Shown here piece after piece: positions 17,198 through 26,594 of a stretch of DNA of 64,000 nt. This stretch comes from Arenimonas sp. SCN 70-307. Its GTDB lineage: Bacteria > Pseudomonadota > Gammaproteobacteria > Xanthomonadales > Xanthomonadaceae. The translations under genes and the position numbers were made by a program. Position 1 is the first letter of the stretch. Each line of letters starts with the position of its first letter. The notes beneath the pieces are model-generated. The model was not told where the DNA came from. It ran no database searches and was given only the letters and a program-made list of their open reading frames with translations. The stretch is taken from positions 2,059 through 66,058 of the forward strand of contig NZ_MEDO01000011.1 in assembly GCF_001724815.1 (NCBI RefSeq), in the 5' to 3' direction.

Positions 17198-17782
17198 ATG
17201 CCCGTCCGTTCGCATCCCCTGCACCGCAGCTGGCTGGCGCGCCGACGCCGGCTGCGCCGCTGGCTGCGGCCGCTGCCGCGCCGCGCCAACGTGGCGCGCT
17301 ACCCGGTGATCAAGTGGTTCGCCGAGGCGGCGCGCAAGCGGCCCTACCTGTGGTCGCTCAAGCGCCAGCACGTGCTGGTGTCGCTGTACTCGGGCGCGGT
17401 GCTTGCGCTCATGCCGGTGTACGGCGTGCAGCTGGCCATCGGCCTGGCGCTGGCGGTCTGGCTGCGCGGCAACCTCACGGTGATGGCGGCGCTGCAGATG
17501 GTGACCAACCCGCTCACGCTCGGGCCGATCTACTACGCCACCCACAAGCTCGGCAGCTGGCTGATCGGCCTGGTGGGCTACGGCGAGGGCGCCAGCGCGG
17601 TGGGAACGCACATCAATGCGCTGGTGGTGGGCGGCATCGTCGGTGGGCTGGGGTTCGCCCTGCTGCTCGACCTGGGCTGGCGCCTGCTGGCCTGGGAGGC
17701 GCGGCGGTTCCGGTCGCAGCTGGCGGCGCTGCACGAACACTTCGGCTACCGGCACGGTGACGGCGACGCCCCGGGCGACTAG
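17198..17782 (+). CDS. DUF2062 family membrane protein
   Basis: Arg-rich N-terminus, then the LWSLKRQHV..GAVLALMP..NPLT..PIYY pattern. Confidence 0.6.
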   Translation: MPVRSHPLHRSWLARRRRLRRWLRPLPRRANVARYPVIKWFAEAARKRPYLWSLKRQHVLVSLYSGAVLALMPVYGVQLAIGLALAVWLRGNLTVMAALQMVTNPLTLGPIYYATHKLGSWLIGLVGYGEGASAVGTHINALVVGGIVGGLGFALLLDLGWRLLAWEARRFRSQLAALHEHFGYRHGDGDAPGD

Positions 17783-17791
17783 ATTGGCGGC

Positions 17792-18994
17792 ATGAAGACC
17801 GCCCTCGCGCTGCTGCTGTGCCTGTCGCCGTCGCTGCACGCGGCGACGGTGTCCGACTGGAAACTGCCGGCCCCGCAGGGTTCGGCCCAGCCGAATCTTT
17901 CGCTCGCCCCCGACGGCGACCTGCTGCTGAGCTGGATCGAACGCCGCGCCGGCGGCGGCCACCGCCTCGCCTTCGCGCGCCACGATGCCGGCGAGGGCTG
18001 GAGTGCGCCGCGCACGATTGCCGAAGGCGACGACTGGTTCGTGAACTGGGCCGATTTCCCGGCCCTGCAGGCCCTGCCCGACGGCAGCCTGTGGGCGCAT
18101 GCGCTGGTCAAGAACGGCGAGGCGACCTACGCCTACGACGTGCGCCTGCATGCGTCTTTCGACGGCGGCGCCACCTGGGCGCCGACCCAGGCCGTGCATG
18201 AGGACGGCACCCCCACCGAACACGGCTTCGCCACGCTGTGGGCCCAGCCCGGCGGCGGCCTGGGCATCGCCTGGCTCGATGGCCGCCACACCGGCGGCGG
18301 CGGACACGGCGGCCACGCCGGCCACGGTGGCGCCATGACCCTGCGCGCCGCCCACTTCGACGCGCGCGGCAAGCGCGCCGAACACGAACTCGACGCCAGC
18401 ACCTGCGACTGCTGCCAGACGGCCAGCGCGGTGGTCGGTGATGCCGTGCTGCTTGCCTACCGCGACCGCACCGAAGGCGAGGTGCGCGACATCGCCGTGG
18501 CGCGCTTCGCCGACGGCGCCTGGCAAAAGCCGGTGACGGTGCATGCCGACGGCTGGGTGATGCCGGCCTGCCCGGTCAACGGCCCGGCCATCGCCGCCCG
18601 GGGCGAGCAGGCCTGGGTGGCCTGGTACACCGCTGCCGGCGGGCCGCCCTCGGTGCGCGTGGCCCGCTCGGGCGACGGCGGCCGCAGCTTTGGCGGCCTG
18701 CGCGAGCTGGTCCGCGGCGAGGCGCCGCAGGGGCGGGTGGGCATCGCGGCCGACGCGGATGGGGTCTGGGTGAGCTGGGTCGAGGAAGCGGGCGGGGCGC
18801 AGTCGCTATGGCTGGCACGTCTCGACCCCGGCCTTGCGCGCGAGCTTTCCCGCACCAGGGTCGCCGACATCGCCGGACGCGGCCGGGCCACGGGCTTCCC
18901 GCGCCTGCAGGTGCGCGACGGCACCGCCTGGCTGGCCTGGACCGAAGTGGTGGACGGCCAGCCGCGCCTGCGCGGTGCGCGGGTGCGGCCCTGA
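17792..18994 (+). CDS. secreted BNR/sialidase-like beta-propeller protein
   Basis: Signal peptide, and repeated S/DxDGGxxW-like motifs (FDGGATW, SGDGGRSF). Confidence 0.6.
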   Translation: MKTALALLLCLSPSLHAATVSDWKLPAPQGSAQPNLSLAPDGDLLLSWIERRAGGGHRLAFARHDAGEGWSAPRTIAEGDDWFVNWADFPALQALPDGSLWAHALVKNGEATYAYDVRLHASFDGGATWAPTQAVHEDGTPTEHGFATLWAQPGGGLGIAWLDGRHTGGGGHGGHAGHGGAMTLRAAHFDARGKRAEHELDASTCDCCQTASAVVGDAVLLAYRDRTEGEVRDIAVARFADGAWQKPVTVHADGWVMPACPVNGPAIAARGEQAWVAWYTAAGGPPSVRVARSGDGGRSFGGLRELVRGEAPQGRVGIAADADGVWVSWVEEAGGAQSLWLARLDPGLARELSRTRVADIAGRGRATGFPRLQVRDGTAWLAWTEVVDGQPRLRGARVRP

Positions 18995-19083
18995 CCCTAC
19001 CCAGTGGTATGGCCCGGGGCTTTGCTTTAATGTGGGCGCGCTTGCAGCTGCGCCACCCATAAGTTCCCCGAGGAGTCAAACCA

Positions 19084-20904
19084 ATGCCCCGTACCCACCA
19101 GCTCGCCGGTGCCCTTGCCCTGGCGCTTTCCTGCGCCGGCACCGTCCAGGCCCAGGAGTTCACCGGTTTCTACGTGTTCGGCGACAGCCTGAGCGACTCG
19201 GGCAACATCGCCCAGCTCAACGGCCTGCCGCCGGGCTATGCCTTCACCACCAACCCGGATCCGGTGGCGGCCAAGATCATCGCCGCCTACTTCGGCCAGT
19301 CGAGCCTGAACTCGCTCTCGGGCGGCCCGAACTTCGCCTGGGGCGGCGCCTGCGTGAACCCGGTGGGCCCCTGCCTCAACCCGGTGCCGCGCATCAGCGA
19401 CCAGGTGACGCAGTACCTGGCGCTCACCGGCGGCAGCGCCGATCCGAACGCGCTCTACAGCATCTGGGGCGGCGCCAATGACATCTTCGCCACCCTGACC
19501 CTCGATCCGCTCAACGCGCAGGCCAACACCGTGGCCGCCGCCACCGCCTACGTGCAGCAGATCGCGCGCCTGCAGGCCGCCGGCGCCAACTACATCATCG
19601 TCTACAACCTGCCCAACCTCGGCGCCACGCCGCAGTTCCTGGGCACGCCCAACGCCGGCTCGGTCTCGCAGATCACGGTGGTGTACAACTCGGCGCTCAA
19701 CGCCGGCCTGCAGAACCTCGGCGACGGCATCATCCCGATCAATACCTTCGGCCTGATCAGCGAGATCATCGCCAACCCGTCGCGCTACGGCTTCACCAAC
19801 GTCACCGGCACCGCCTGCGTCCCGGCCAACTCGATCGCCTGCGACCCGAACACCGGCGGCCTGCCGGGCGGCTACGCCCCGGGCACCAACGAGACCTACC
19901 TGTTCGCCGACGGCGTGCACCCGACCGGCGCCGCGCACGCGATGCTGGCCAACGTGGTCATCTCCACCATCGCCGCGCCGGTGCAGTTCTCGATGGCGGG
20001 CGAGGCGGGCGTGCAGGTCAACGACAACCACGTGCGCGCGATCACCGACGAGATGCTGTCGGACTTCCAGCTCGACCGCGAAGTGGGCAGCGTGCGCGGC
20101 TACGCCACCGTGCAGTACGGCCAGCAGGACTTCGACGCCAGCGCCGCCGTCCCGGGCGCCGATGCCGACGTGCTGAGCCTGAGCCTGGGCGCCAACCACC
20201 GCTGGTCCGAGAATGCCTACTGGGGCGTGGCCGTCACCATCGGCAGCCACGACAACGAGATGGGCCTGGCCGCGCTCGACGCGCGCTCGGTCATCGCCTC
20301 GCTGCACGGCACCCTGCGCTTCGGCGGCGGTGGCTACGTGCACGGCGCGGTCAGCGGCGGCAGCACCAGCATCGACGTGAGCCGCGGCATCGTGCTCGGC
20401 CCCTACCTGCGCGAGGAAACCGGCTCGACCAACGCCAGCCTCGCCGGCGCCGAGCTGGGCCTGGGCTGGCTGTGGAGCGCCGGCAGCATGCAGCACGGTC
20501 CGTTCGCTTCGGCCACCTGGCTGCAGCAGGAAGTCGACGGCTTCGCCGAGGACAGCGGCAGCGCCACCTCGATGAACTTCGCCGGCTTCGACCGCGACTC
20601 GATGGTCACCCGCCTGGGCTACCAGCTGATGGGCAACGCCGGCAGCCTGCGCCCGTACGTGCGCGTGGCCTACAACGAGGAGTCCGAGGACGGCCAGATC
20701 TTCGTCAATGCCGGCTCGAACTCGATGCCGGGCCGCTTCACCATGCCCGGCTTCACCCCGTCGCAGGACTGGCTGAGCGCCGACGTGGGCCTGAACTGGC
20801 AGGTCAGCGACGCGGTCACCGCGTTCGCCGCCTACAGCGGCCGCTTCAACGACGACCAGCAGGAGCGCCACAGCGGCAGCCTGGGCCTGCGCGTGACGTT
20901 CTGA
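19084..20904 (+). CDS. EstA-like autotransporter with SGNH/GDSL esterase passenger
   Basis: Signal peptide, FYVFGDSLSDSGN block I, C-terminal beta-barrel ending ..LGLRVTF. Confidence 0.88.
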   Translation: MPRTHQLAGALALALSCAGTVQAQEFTGFYVFGDSLSDSGNIAQLNGLPPGYAFTTNPDPVAAKIIAAYFGQSSLNSLSGGPNFAWGGACVNPVGPCLNPVPRISDQVTQYLALTGGSADPNALYSIWGGANDIFATLTLDPLNAQANTVAAATAYVQQIARLQAAGANYIIVYNLPNLGATPQFLGTPNAGSVSQITVVYNSALNAGLQNLGDGIIPINTFGLISEIIANPSRYGFTNVTGTACVPANSIACDPNTGGLPGGYAPGTNETYLFADGVHPTGAAHAMLANVVISTIAAPVQFSMAGEAGVQVNDNHVRAITDEMLSDFQLDREVGSVRGYATVQYGQQDFDASAAVPGADADVLSLSLGANHRWSENAYWGVAVTIGSHDNEMGLAALDARSVIASLHGTLRFGGGGYVHGAVSGGSTSIDVSRGIVLGPYLREETGSTNASLAGAELGLGWLWSAGSMQHGPFASATWLQQEVDGFAEDSGSATSMNFAGFDRDSMVTRLGYQLMGNAGSLRPYVRVAYNEESEDGQIFVNAGSNSMPGRFTMPGFTPSQDWLSADVGLNWQVSDAVTAFAAYSGRFNDDQQERHSGSLGLRVTF

Positions 20905-20925
20905 TCGCGGGTTGAGGTGTGACGA

Positions 20926-20955
20926 GAAGGCCGCCCACCGGGCGGCCTTCTTTTT
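20926..20955 (+). terminator. rho-independent terminator of the autotransporter gene
   Basis: GAAGGCCGCCC-acc-GGGCGGCCTTC followed by TTTTT. Confidence 0.8.
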
Positions 20956-20962
20956 GAGGCCT

Positions 20963-21003
20963 GGGGTCGGAGGTAATTTCCTTTGGAAATTACCTCCGAC
21001 CCC
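20963..21003. repeat. REP-like perfect palindrome
   Basis: GGGGTCGGAGGTAATTTCC-ttt-GGAAATTACCTCCGACCCC: 19-bp arms, between convergent genes. Confidence 0.8.
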
Positions 21004-21011
21004 ATGTCCTT

Positions 21012-24000
21012 TCAGCGCTCGAGGCGCCAGTTCAGGGAGGCGGCGTTTTCGTTGCCGGACTCGACGCTGATGTCGAAGCCGCGCACCAGCAGGTACTTGA
21101 GCGTCACCACCTGGCCGGTGCCGACCAGCGAGACGCCGTAGCTGATGAACAGGCGCGGCGAAAGGTACTTGCCGACGGTGAGCGCGGCGCCGCCGAGGTT
21201 GCGCGATTCGGCCACGCCGGCCTCGTCCAGGCCCAGGCGCGCGCCGATCTGCTGGGCCACCAGGTTGCCGCCGGCGCCCAGCGCCATCGCCGCCGCATCG
21301 AGCTGTTCGGATTCGGCGCCGCTGGTGCTGCGCAGCGGCCGGCCGAACACCAGCCAGCTCAGCGCCTCGCTGGTGTCCATCGCCGGCGCCGAGGTGACCG
21401 TGGTTTCCGGCCGGCGCGCGGTGCCGCGCACCTGCACGCCGACGGTGACGTCGTCGAACTTGCGCTCGGCAAGGATGTCCAGGCTCGGGTCGTCGAAGGA
21501 CGAATCGGCGTAGGACAGGCGCGCGCGCCGGATCTCCAGCGCCTGGCCGTAGGCGCGGTAGCTGCCGGTGACGTCGAGCGTGCCCGAGGCGGTGGCGCTG
21601 CGTTCGGGGCGCTGGCGCAGGGCGAGTGCGCCGCCCATGCGGCCGTCGAGGCCGAAGCCGCGCAGCCGCACTTCTTCGCCCAGGGTCACGCGCACGTCCA
21701 GGTCCACCGGTGCCGCGGCGTCGCGCGCCGGGTCCACCGGGTCGAGCACCACCACGTCGGGCGAGATGCTGGCGCTGCCGTCGAGCAGCTCCAGGTCCAC
21801 GCGGGCCTCGGGCACCGCCACCTCGCCGCGCACGCGCAGCAGCGAGCGGGCGTAGGTGAGCGAGAGGCGCGGGCTGGCGATGAGGTAGAGCTCGGGCGTG
21901 CTGGCGAAGGTGACGCGCTCGCCTTCGAGCGAAAGCTGCACCGGCGCCTGCGGCTCGCGCAGGTCGACGCTGCCGTCCACGCGCAGCCGGCCTTCGCCCG
22001 AGCGCAGGCTGCCCGACAGCCGCGCCATGCCCTCGGGCGGGCCGTCGAACTCGAACTCGCCCTCGGCCAGCTTCAGGCCCAGTGCCGGAAGTTCGGCCGC
22101 GAAGCCGGCGAGCCGGGCCTGGCCCGAAAGCGCCGGCGCCGAGGCGCTCCCCGCCAGCCGCAGTTGGCCCTGCAGGCGGCCGGTGGGCGTGGCCAGGTCT
22201 TCCGAGAACAGTTCGAGGAAGGTGAGTTCGCGCGCATCGATGCGCAGCTCGCCATCAAGCGTCGGGTCGTCGCCGCTGCCGCGCTGGAGCCGCCCCGACA
22301 GGCGGCCGCCCTCGGCGAGCGCGGCTTCGAGTTCGACGCCGAGGCCAGCGGCTTCCAGCCGCAGGGTGGCCAGCAGGTTTTCGTAGGCGAATAGGTCGCG
22401 CTGCGCTTCCGGATCCAGCCGCAGCGCGCCGCGCGCCGATTCCACCCGGCCGTCGCCGCGCCACTGGCCGGCGCCGTCGCGGCGCAATGCCGCCTGCAGC
22501 GACACCGTGCCCTCGAGCGTCAGCGGCACGCCTTCGTCGGCCGGCAGCCAGGGCGTGGCCAGCGCCAGCGGCAGCGCCTCGCCATCGACGTTCAGCGCGT
22601 TGCCCTCGGCCTGTACGCACAGCTGGCCCTCGGTGTCGCCGGCGCGCAGGCAGGCGCGCGCCAGCTGCAGGCGGCTCGGGCCGACGCGGAATTCCGCCGG
22701 CGCCTGCAGCGCCAGGCTCGGGCCGATGCCGGGTTCGAGCAACAGCCGCGAGAGCGTGCCGGCCACGTCGTCGCCGGCCTGCGCGAGCGTGCTTTCCAGT
22801 TCGACCCGGCCGTGCGGGCCGCGGGCCTGCGCCTGCAGCGCGAGGCGGGCGCGGCTGCCGCGCGCGTCGAGCGCGAGTTCATCGGCCTGCAGGCCCGAAA
22901 GCGACAGGCCTTCGGCGCGCAGCGAAAGTTCGCCGTCGTCGCCGCGCGCGGGCAGGTCGCCGCGCAGGGTGAGTGCGGCGACCGCCTGGCCGTCGAAGGC
23001 CAGCGCCTCGCCCCGCAGGTCGGCCGACACGCCGGGCGCCGCGGCCGGGCCGACCAGGCGGACGCGGCCTTCGAGCCGGCCAGCCGCGCCCGCGGCCAGG
23101 TCGGACAGCGCCAGCGGCGACAGCGTTGCCTCGAGGTCGTACTCGTCGCCGAAGCGGCCGCGGGCGTCGAGTTCGCTGTCGCCCAGGCGCAGGCGGGCCT
23201 CGCCGTCGCCGCGGCCGGGCGCGAAGCGCAGGTCGGCGCGCGCCAGCAGCGGGCGCTGGCGCAGCTGGCCGGTGAGCGTGGGCACCTGCAGCTCGCCGCG
23301 CCACTGGCCGTTGGCGTCCTGCGCGGCCTGCAGCTTCATTTCGCCGTCGAGGCGGCCGGGATAGTCGGGCAGGAAGTAGCCAGGGTCGAGCGCCTGCAGC
23401 GTGGCGTCCAGGCGCAATTCGATGGCCGGCGTCCAGCGCACGGCGCCGCTGCCGCGCAGGCCGCCGCCGGGCGTGTCGGCTTCCAGCCGCGCCAGCTGCA
23501 GCTGCTCGCGATCGCCCTGGCCGGCCAGGGCGATGCTGGCCTGCTCGCCGTCGCGGGCCAGCGTGGCGGCTGCTTCGAGCGACCAGTCGTCGGCGACGCC
23601 CTGCACGCGCGCTTCGCCGCGCGCGACCACGGCCGGCGCGGCGGGATCATCCGAAGGCAGCTGCAGCGATTCGGTGCTGGCGCGCAGGTCGAAGGGCAGT
23701 TCGTCGTCGAGCGTGAGCTCGCCGGCCAGGCGCAGCGCGCCGGCGTCGAGCACGAGGTCGAGCGGATCCAGGCGCAGGCGGTCGTCGACGATCGACAGGC
23801 GCGAGGGCGCGATCTGCGCGGCGAGCTCGCCCTGCGCGAACTGGCCCGAGACGCTGGCTTCGCCGCCGGTGCCTTCGGCCTTCAGTTCGAAGGCGATCTC
23901 GTCGCCGGGTGCGAGGCCGAGCAGCGCGGGCGCCAGGCCCTGGGTGCCTGCCTGGAGCGACCAGCGCGGCGCATCGGCCTCGCCCTGCACGGTGGCGGTG

Positions 24001-24761
24001 AGCTGGGTGCGGCCGGGCAGCTGGCCGCTGGCTTCGATGCGCAGGTCCTGCAGGCGTCCCTGCACGGAGAGCTGCAGTTCGGCGGCGGGCGCGTCGCCGC
24101 CGGCCGGGCGCTCCCAGCGGCCGGTGAGCGCGCTGCGGTAGTCACGCGCCGGGCGGTATTCGCCCTGCAGGCGCAGGTGGCCGGGCGTGCCGTGGGCGTC
24201 GAGCGAAGTGAGGGTGAAGCCTTCGTCCACCAGGTGCAGGCCGCGCGCGGCGAGCGTGTCGAGCGCAAGCAGCTCGTCCTCGCCGCGCTGCACGCGCAGC
24301 CCGGCCACGTCCACGCGCGCGCTGCGGATGTCGAGCGGCAGCGGGATGCGCGGCAGCACGCCGGGCCACTCGGGCAGCGAAAACGGTTCGTCTTCGGCTT
24401 CGGGCAGCACCAGCACCGCGTCGTCGAGCTCGAGCGCGTCGAGCTGCAGGCGGCGGCCGAGCAGGGGCAGCAGGTCGGGGTCGAGCATCAGGCGGCGCGC
24501 GCGCAGTTCGATGCCGTCGTGGGCGTAGCGCACGCCGTGCAGCACCAGCGGGCCGTTGAGCGCGCCCTCGGCGCGTTCCCACTGCAGCGCGCCCTCGGGC
24601 AGGCGTGCGGTGATCTGGCCCAGCAGCGTGTCGCGGCCGCCGGCGCTGAGCAGCAGCCAGGCCAGCACCGCGCCCAGCAGCGCGCCGAGCGCGAAGCCGG
24701 CCACGCCCAGCCGCAGCGACCAGCGGCGAAGGCGCGAGCGCGGGGCGGCCGGCGCGCTCAC
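21012..24761 (-). CDS. tamB: translocation and assembly module protein TamB
   Basis: 1249 aa; N-terminal anchor; C-terminal DUF490-like end (..LSPRLFISYGVSL..). ATGA overlap with tamA. Confidence 0.85.
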   Translation of the reverse strand: MSAPAAPRSRLRRWSLRLGVAGFALGALLGAVLAWLLLSAGGRDTLLGQITARLPEGALQWERAEGALNGPLVLHGVRYAHDGIELRARRLMLDPDLLPLLGRRLQLDALELDDAVLVLPEAEDEPFSLPEWPGVLPRIPLPLDIRSARVDVAGLRVQRGEDELLALDTLAARGLHLVDEGFTLTSLDAHGTPGHLRLQGEYRPARDYRSALTGRWERPAGGDAPAAELQLSVQGRLQDLRIEASGQLPGRTQLTATVQGEADAPRWSLQAGTQGLAPALLGLAPGDEIAFELKAEGTGGEASVSGQFAQGELAAQIAPSRLSIVDDRLRLDPLDLVLDAGALRLAGELTLDDELPFDLRASTESLQLPSDDPAAPAVVARGEARVQGVADDWSLEAAATLARDGEQASIALAGQGDREQLQLARLEADTPGGGLRGSGAVRWTPAIELRLDATLQALDPGYFLPDYPGRLDGEMKLQAAQDANGQWRGELQVPTLTGQLRQRPLLARADLRFAPGRGDGEARLRLGDSELDARGRFGDEYDLEATLSPLALSDLAAGAAGRLEGRVRLVGPAAAPGVSADLRGEALAFDGQAVAALTLRGDLPARGDDGELSLRAEGLSLSGLQADELALDARGSRARLALQAQARGPHGRVELESTLAQAGDDVAGTLSRLLLEPGIGPSLALQAPAEFRVGPSRLQLARACLRAGDTEGQLCVQAEGNALNVDGEALPLALATPWLPADEGVPLTLEGTVSLQAALRRDGAGQWRGDGRVESARGALRLDPEAQRDLFAYENLLATLRLEAAGLGVELEAALAEGGRLSGRLQRGSGDDPTLDGELRIDARELTFLELFSEDLATPTGRLQGQLRLAGSASAPALSGQARLAGFAAELPALGLKLAEGEFEFDGPPEGMARLSGSLRSGEGRLRVDGSVDLREPQAPVQLSLEGERVTFASTPELYLIASPRLSLTYARSLLRVRGEVAVPEARVDLELLDGSASISPDVVVLDPVDPARDAAAPVDLDVRVTLGEEVRLRGFGLDGRMGGALALRQRPERSATASGTLDVTGSYRAYGQALEIRRARLSYADSSFDDPSLDILAERKFDDVTVGVQVRGTARRPETTVTSAPAMDTSEALSWLVFGRPLRSTSGAESEQLDAAAMALGAGGNLVAQQIGARLGLDEAGVAESRNLGGAALTVGKYLSPRLFISYGVSLVGTGQVVTLKYLLVRGFDISVESGNENAASLNWRLER

Positions 24762-26533
24762 AGGTCGGGCCCGATGTTGAGGTGCAGCTGCACCGAGTTG
24801 GCGGCATCCGAGCCAAAGCCGTGCGCCACGTCCACCCGCACCGGCCCCACCGGCGAGCGCCAGCGCAGGCCCATGCCGGCGCCGACCTGGGGATCGAAGC
24901 TGGCGCGGCTGTCGAAGGCATCGCCGGCATCAACGAAGAAGGCCATGCCCCAGGTGCGGTTGAACATGCGCTCGTACTCCACGCTGGCCACCGCCAGGTG
25001 CTTGCCGCCGAACACATAGCGGCGGCCGTCGGTGCCGATGAAGAACTGGCCGATGTCCTTGTAGCCGTAGCCGCGCACGCTGCGGTCGCCGCCGGCGTAG
25101 AAGCGCAGCGAGGGCGGGAAGGACGGGAACTCGTCGCTCACCGTGGTGCCGATTTCGGCGCGCAGCAGCAGGCGGTTGCGGCGGCCGACGCTGTGCACGA
25201 GCTTGCCTTCGGCGCGCAGCTGCACGAAGTCGATGTCCGAGCCCAGCGCGGCCGAGCCGGCGCGCAGCTCCATCGTCAGGCCGCGGGCGCGGCGCGGGTA
25301 GAGCGGGTCGTCGGATTCGCTCCACTGCGCCCAGAGCGAGGGATAGACCAGGGTGGAATAGGAATAGTCGAAGCCGGTGGCGGCGTCCTCGAAGCGTTCG
25401 CGGCGCAGGTTGAGCGCCGCCACCAGGTTCCAGTTGCCGAGGCGGCCGCTGCGGCTGCCGGCGACTTCGAGCAACTCGCTGTTGATGCCGTTGACTTGCT
25501 CCTGCTGCAGGCGCGCGCTGCCGGTGTACCAGCCGTCGATCCAGCGGAAGGCGGGGATGCGGTAGCTGGCGGCCAGGTCGTTGCGGCGCTGCGCGAGGCC
25601 GGCGAGCAGGTCGAGCTTGTGGCCGCGGTCGTTCACCCAGCGGCGCTCCAGGCCGCCGGTCAGGCCCAGGCCGCTGTCGGTGCCGAAGCGCACGCCGGCG
25701 CTCCACACGCTGCGCTTGGCGGGGCTGAGCTTCACGCTCACCGGCACCTCCAGGTCCTCGCCCTCGCCGGGCTCGGGGCGGATGTCGATGGCGCTGAAAT
25801 AATCGAGCTGGGCCAGCGAGGACTGCAACTGCACCAGCCGGGCCTGGTCGTAGGCTTCGCCCGGGGTCCAGGGCACTAGGTTCTCGAGCAGGCCCTCGCG
25901 GAACTGATGGCCTTCGAAGCTCGCCTCGCCCAGGACGTGGCGCGGGCCGGTGTCCCAGGACAGCGCGATGTCGGCCGTGCGTTCGGCGCGCGTCACCTCC
26001 ACCCGGTGCGCGTCGAGGCGCGCGCGGAAGTAACCGCGCTCGGCCAGCAGGCGGTCGACCGAGGCCTTGCCGTCCTCGTAGACCGAATGCACGAAGGGCT
26101 GGCCCTCGCGCGGCCGCAGGCGGGCGATGCGGCGGGCCAGCACCTCGTCGGACTGGCCCGGGCCGCTGAGCGCGATTTCGCGCTTGCGCACGCGCACCGG
26201 CTCGCCCGGCACCACGCGCACGCGCACCGAAACGAGTTCGCCATTGCGCTCGACTTCGGTCTGCACCTGCGATTCGTAGTGGCCGAAGGGCTCGAGGGCC
26301 TGGCGCGCCTCGCGCGGCGCCCGCCGCAGCAGGAAGGACAGCCGCGCCTCGGTCAGCGCGCGCCGCCGGGCCGGATTGAGCTTCTCGAGCGACAGCGCGG
26401 CCAGCACGTTGTCGCGCTGCGCCTCGTCTTCGAGGCCTTCGACGCGCACCGACACCAGTTCGAGCGCCGCGGCCGGCATCGCCAGCGCGAGGCCCAGGAA
26501 GATCGCCAGCAATCGGAGGTGGGGGGCACGCAT
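24758..26533 (-). CDS. tamA: autotransporter assembly complex outer-membrane protein TamA (Omp85 family)
   Basis: Signal peptide, POTRA-like N-part, Omp85 barrel ending ..HLNIGPDL. Confidence 0.85.
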   Translation of the reverse strand: MRAPHLRLLAIFLGLALAMPAAALELVSVRVEGLEDEAQRDNVLAALSLEKLNPARRRALTEARLSFLLRRAPREARQALEPFGHYESQVQTEVERNGELVSVRVRVVPGEPVRVRKREIALSGPGQSDEVLARRIARLRPREGQPFVHSVYEDGKASVDRLLAERGYFRARLDAHRVEVTRAERTADIALSWDTGPRHVLGEASFEGHQFREGLLENLVPWTPGEAYDQARLVQLQSSLAQLDYFSAIDIRPEPGEGEDLEVPVSVKLSPAKRSVWSAGVRFGTDSGLGLTGGLERRWVNDRGHKLDLLAGLAQRRNDLAASYRIPAFRWIDGWYTGSARLQQEQVNGINSELLEVAGSRSGRLGNWNLVAALNLRRERFEDAATGFDYSYSTLVYPSLWAQWSESDDPLYPRRARGLTMELRAGSAALGSDIDFVQLRAEGKLVHSVGRRNRLLLRAEIGTTVSDEFPSFPPSLRFYAGGDRSVRGYGYKDIGQFFIGTDGRRYVFGGKHLAVASVEYERMFNRTWGMAFFVDAGDAFDSRASFDPQVGAGMGLRWRSPVGPVRVDVAHGFGSDAANSVQLHLNIGPDL

Positions 26534-26594
26534 GCCCCCAGAGGATAACCCCGGCTCCGGGCCAGGCCCGAGAAGCCGGCGTGATGAAACGGTG

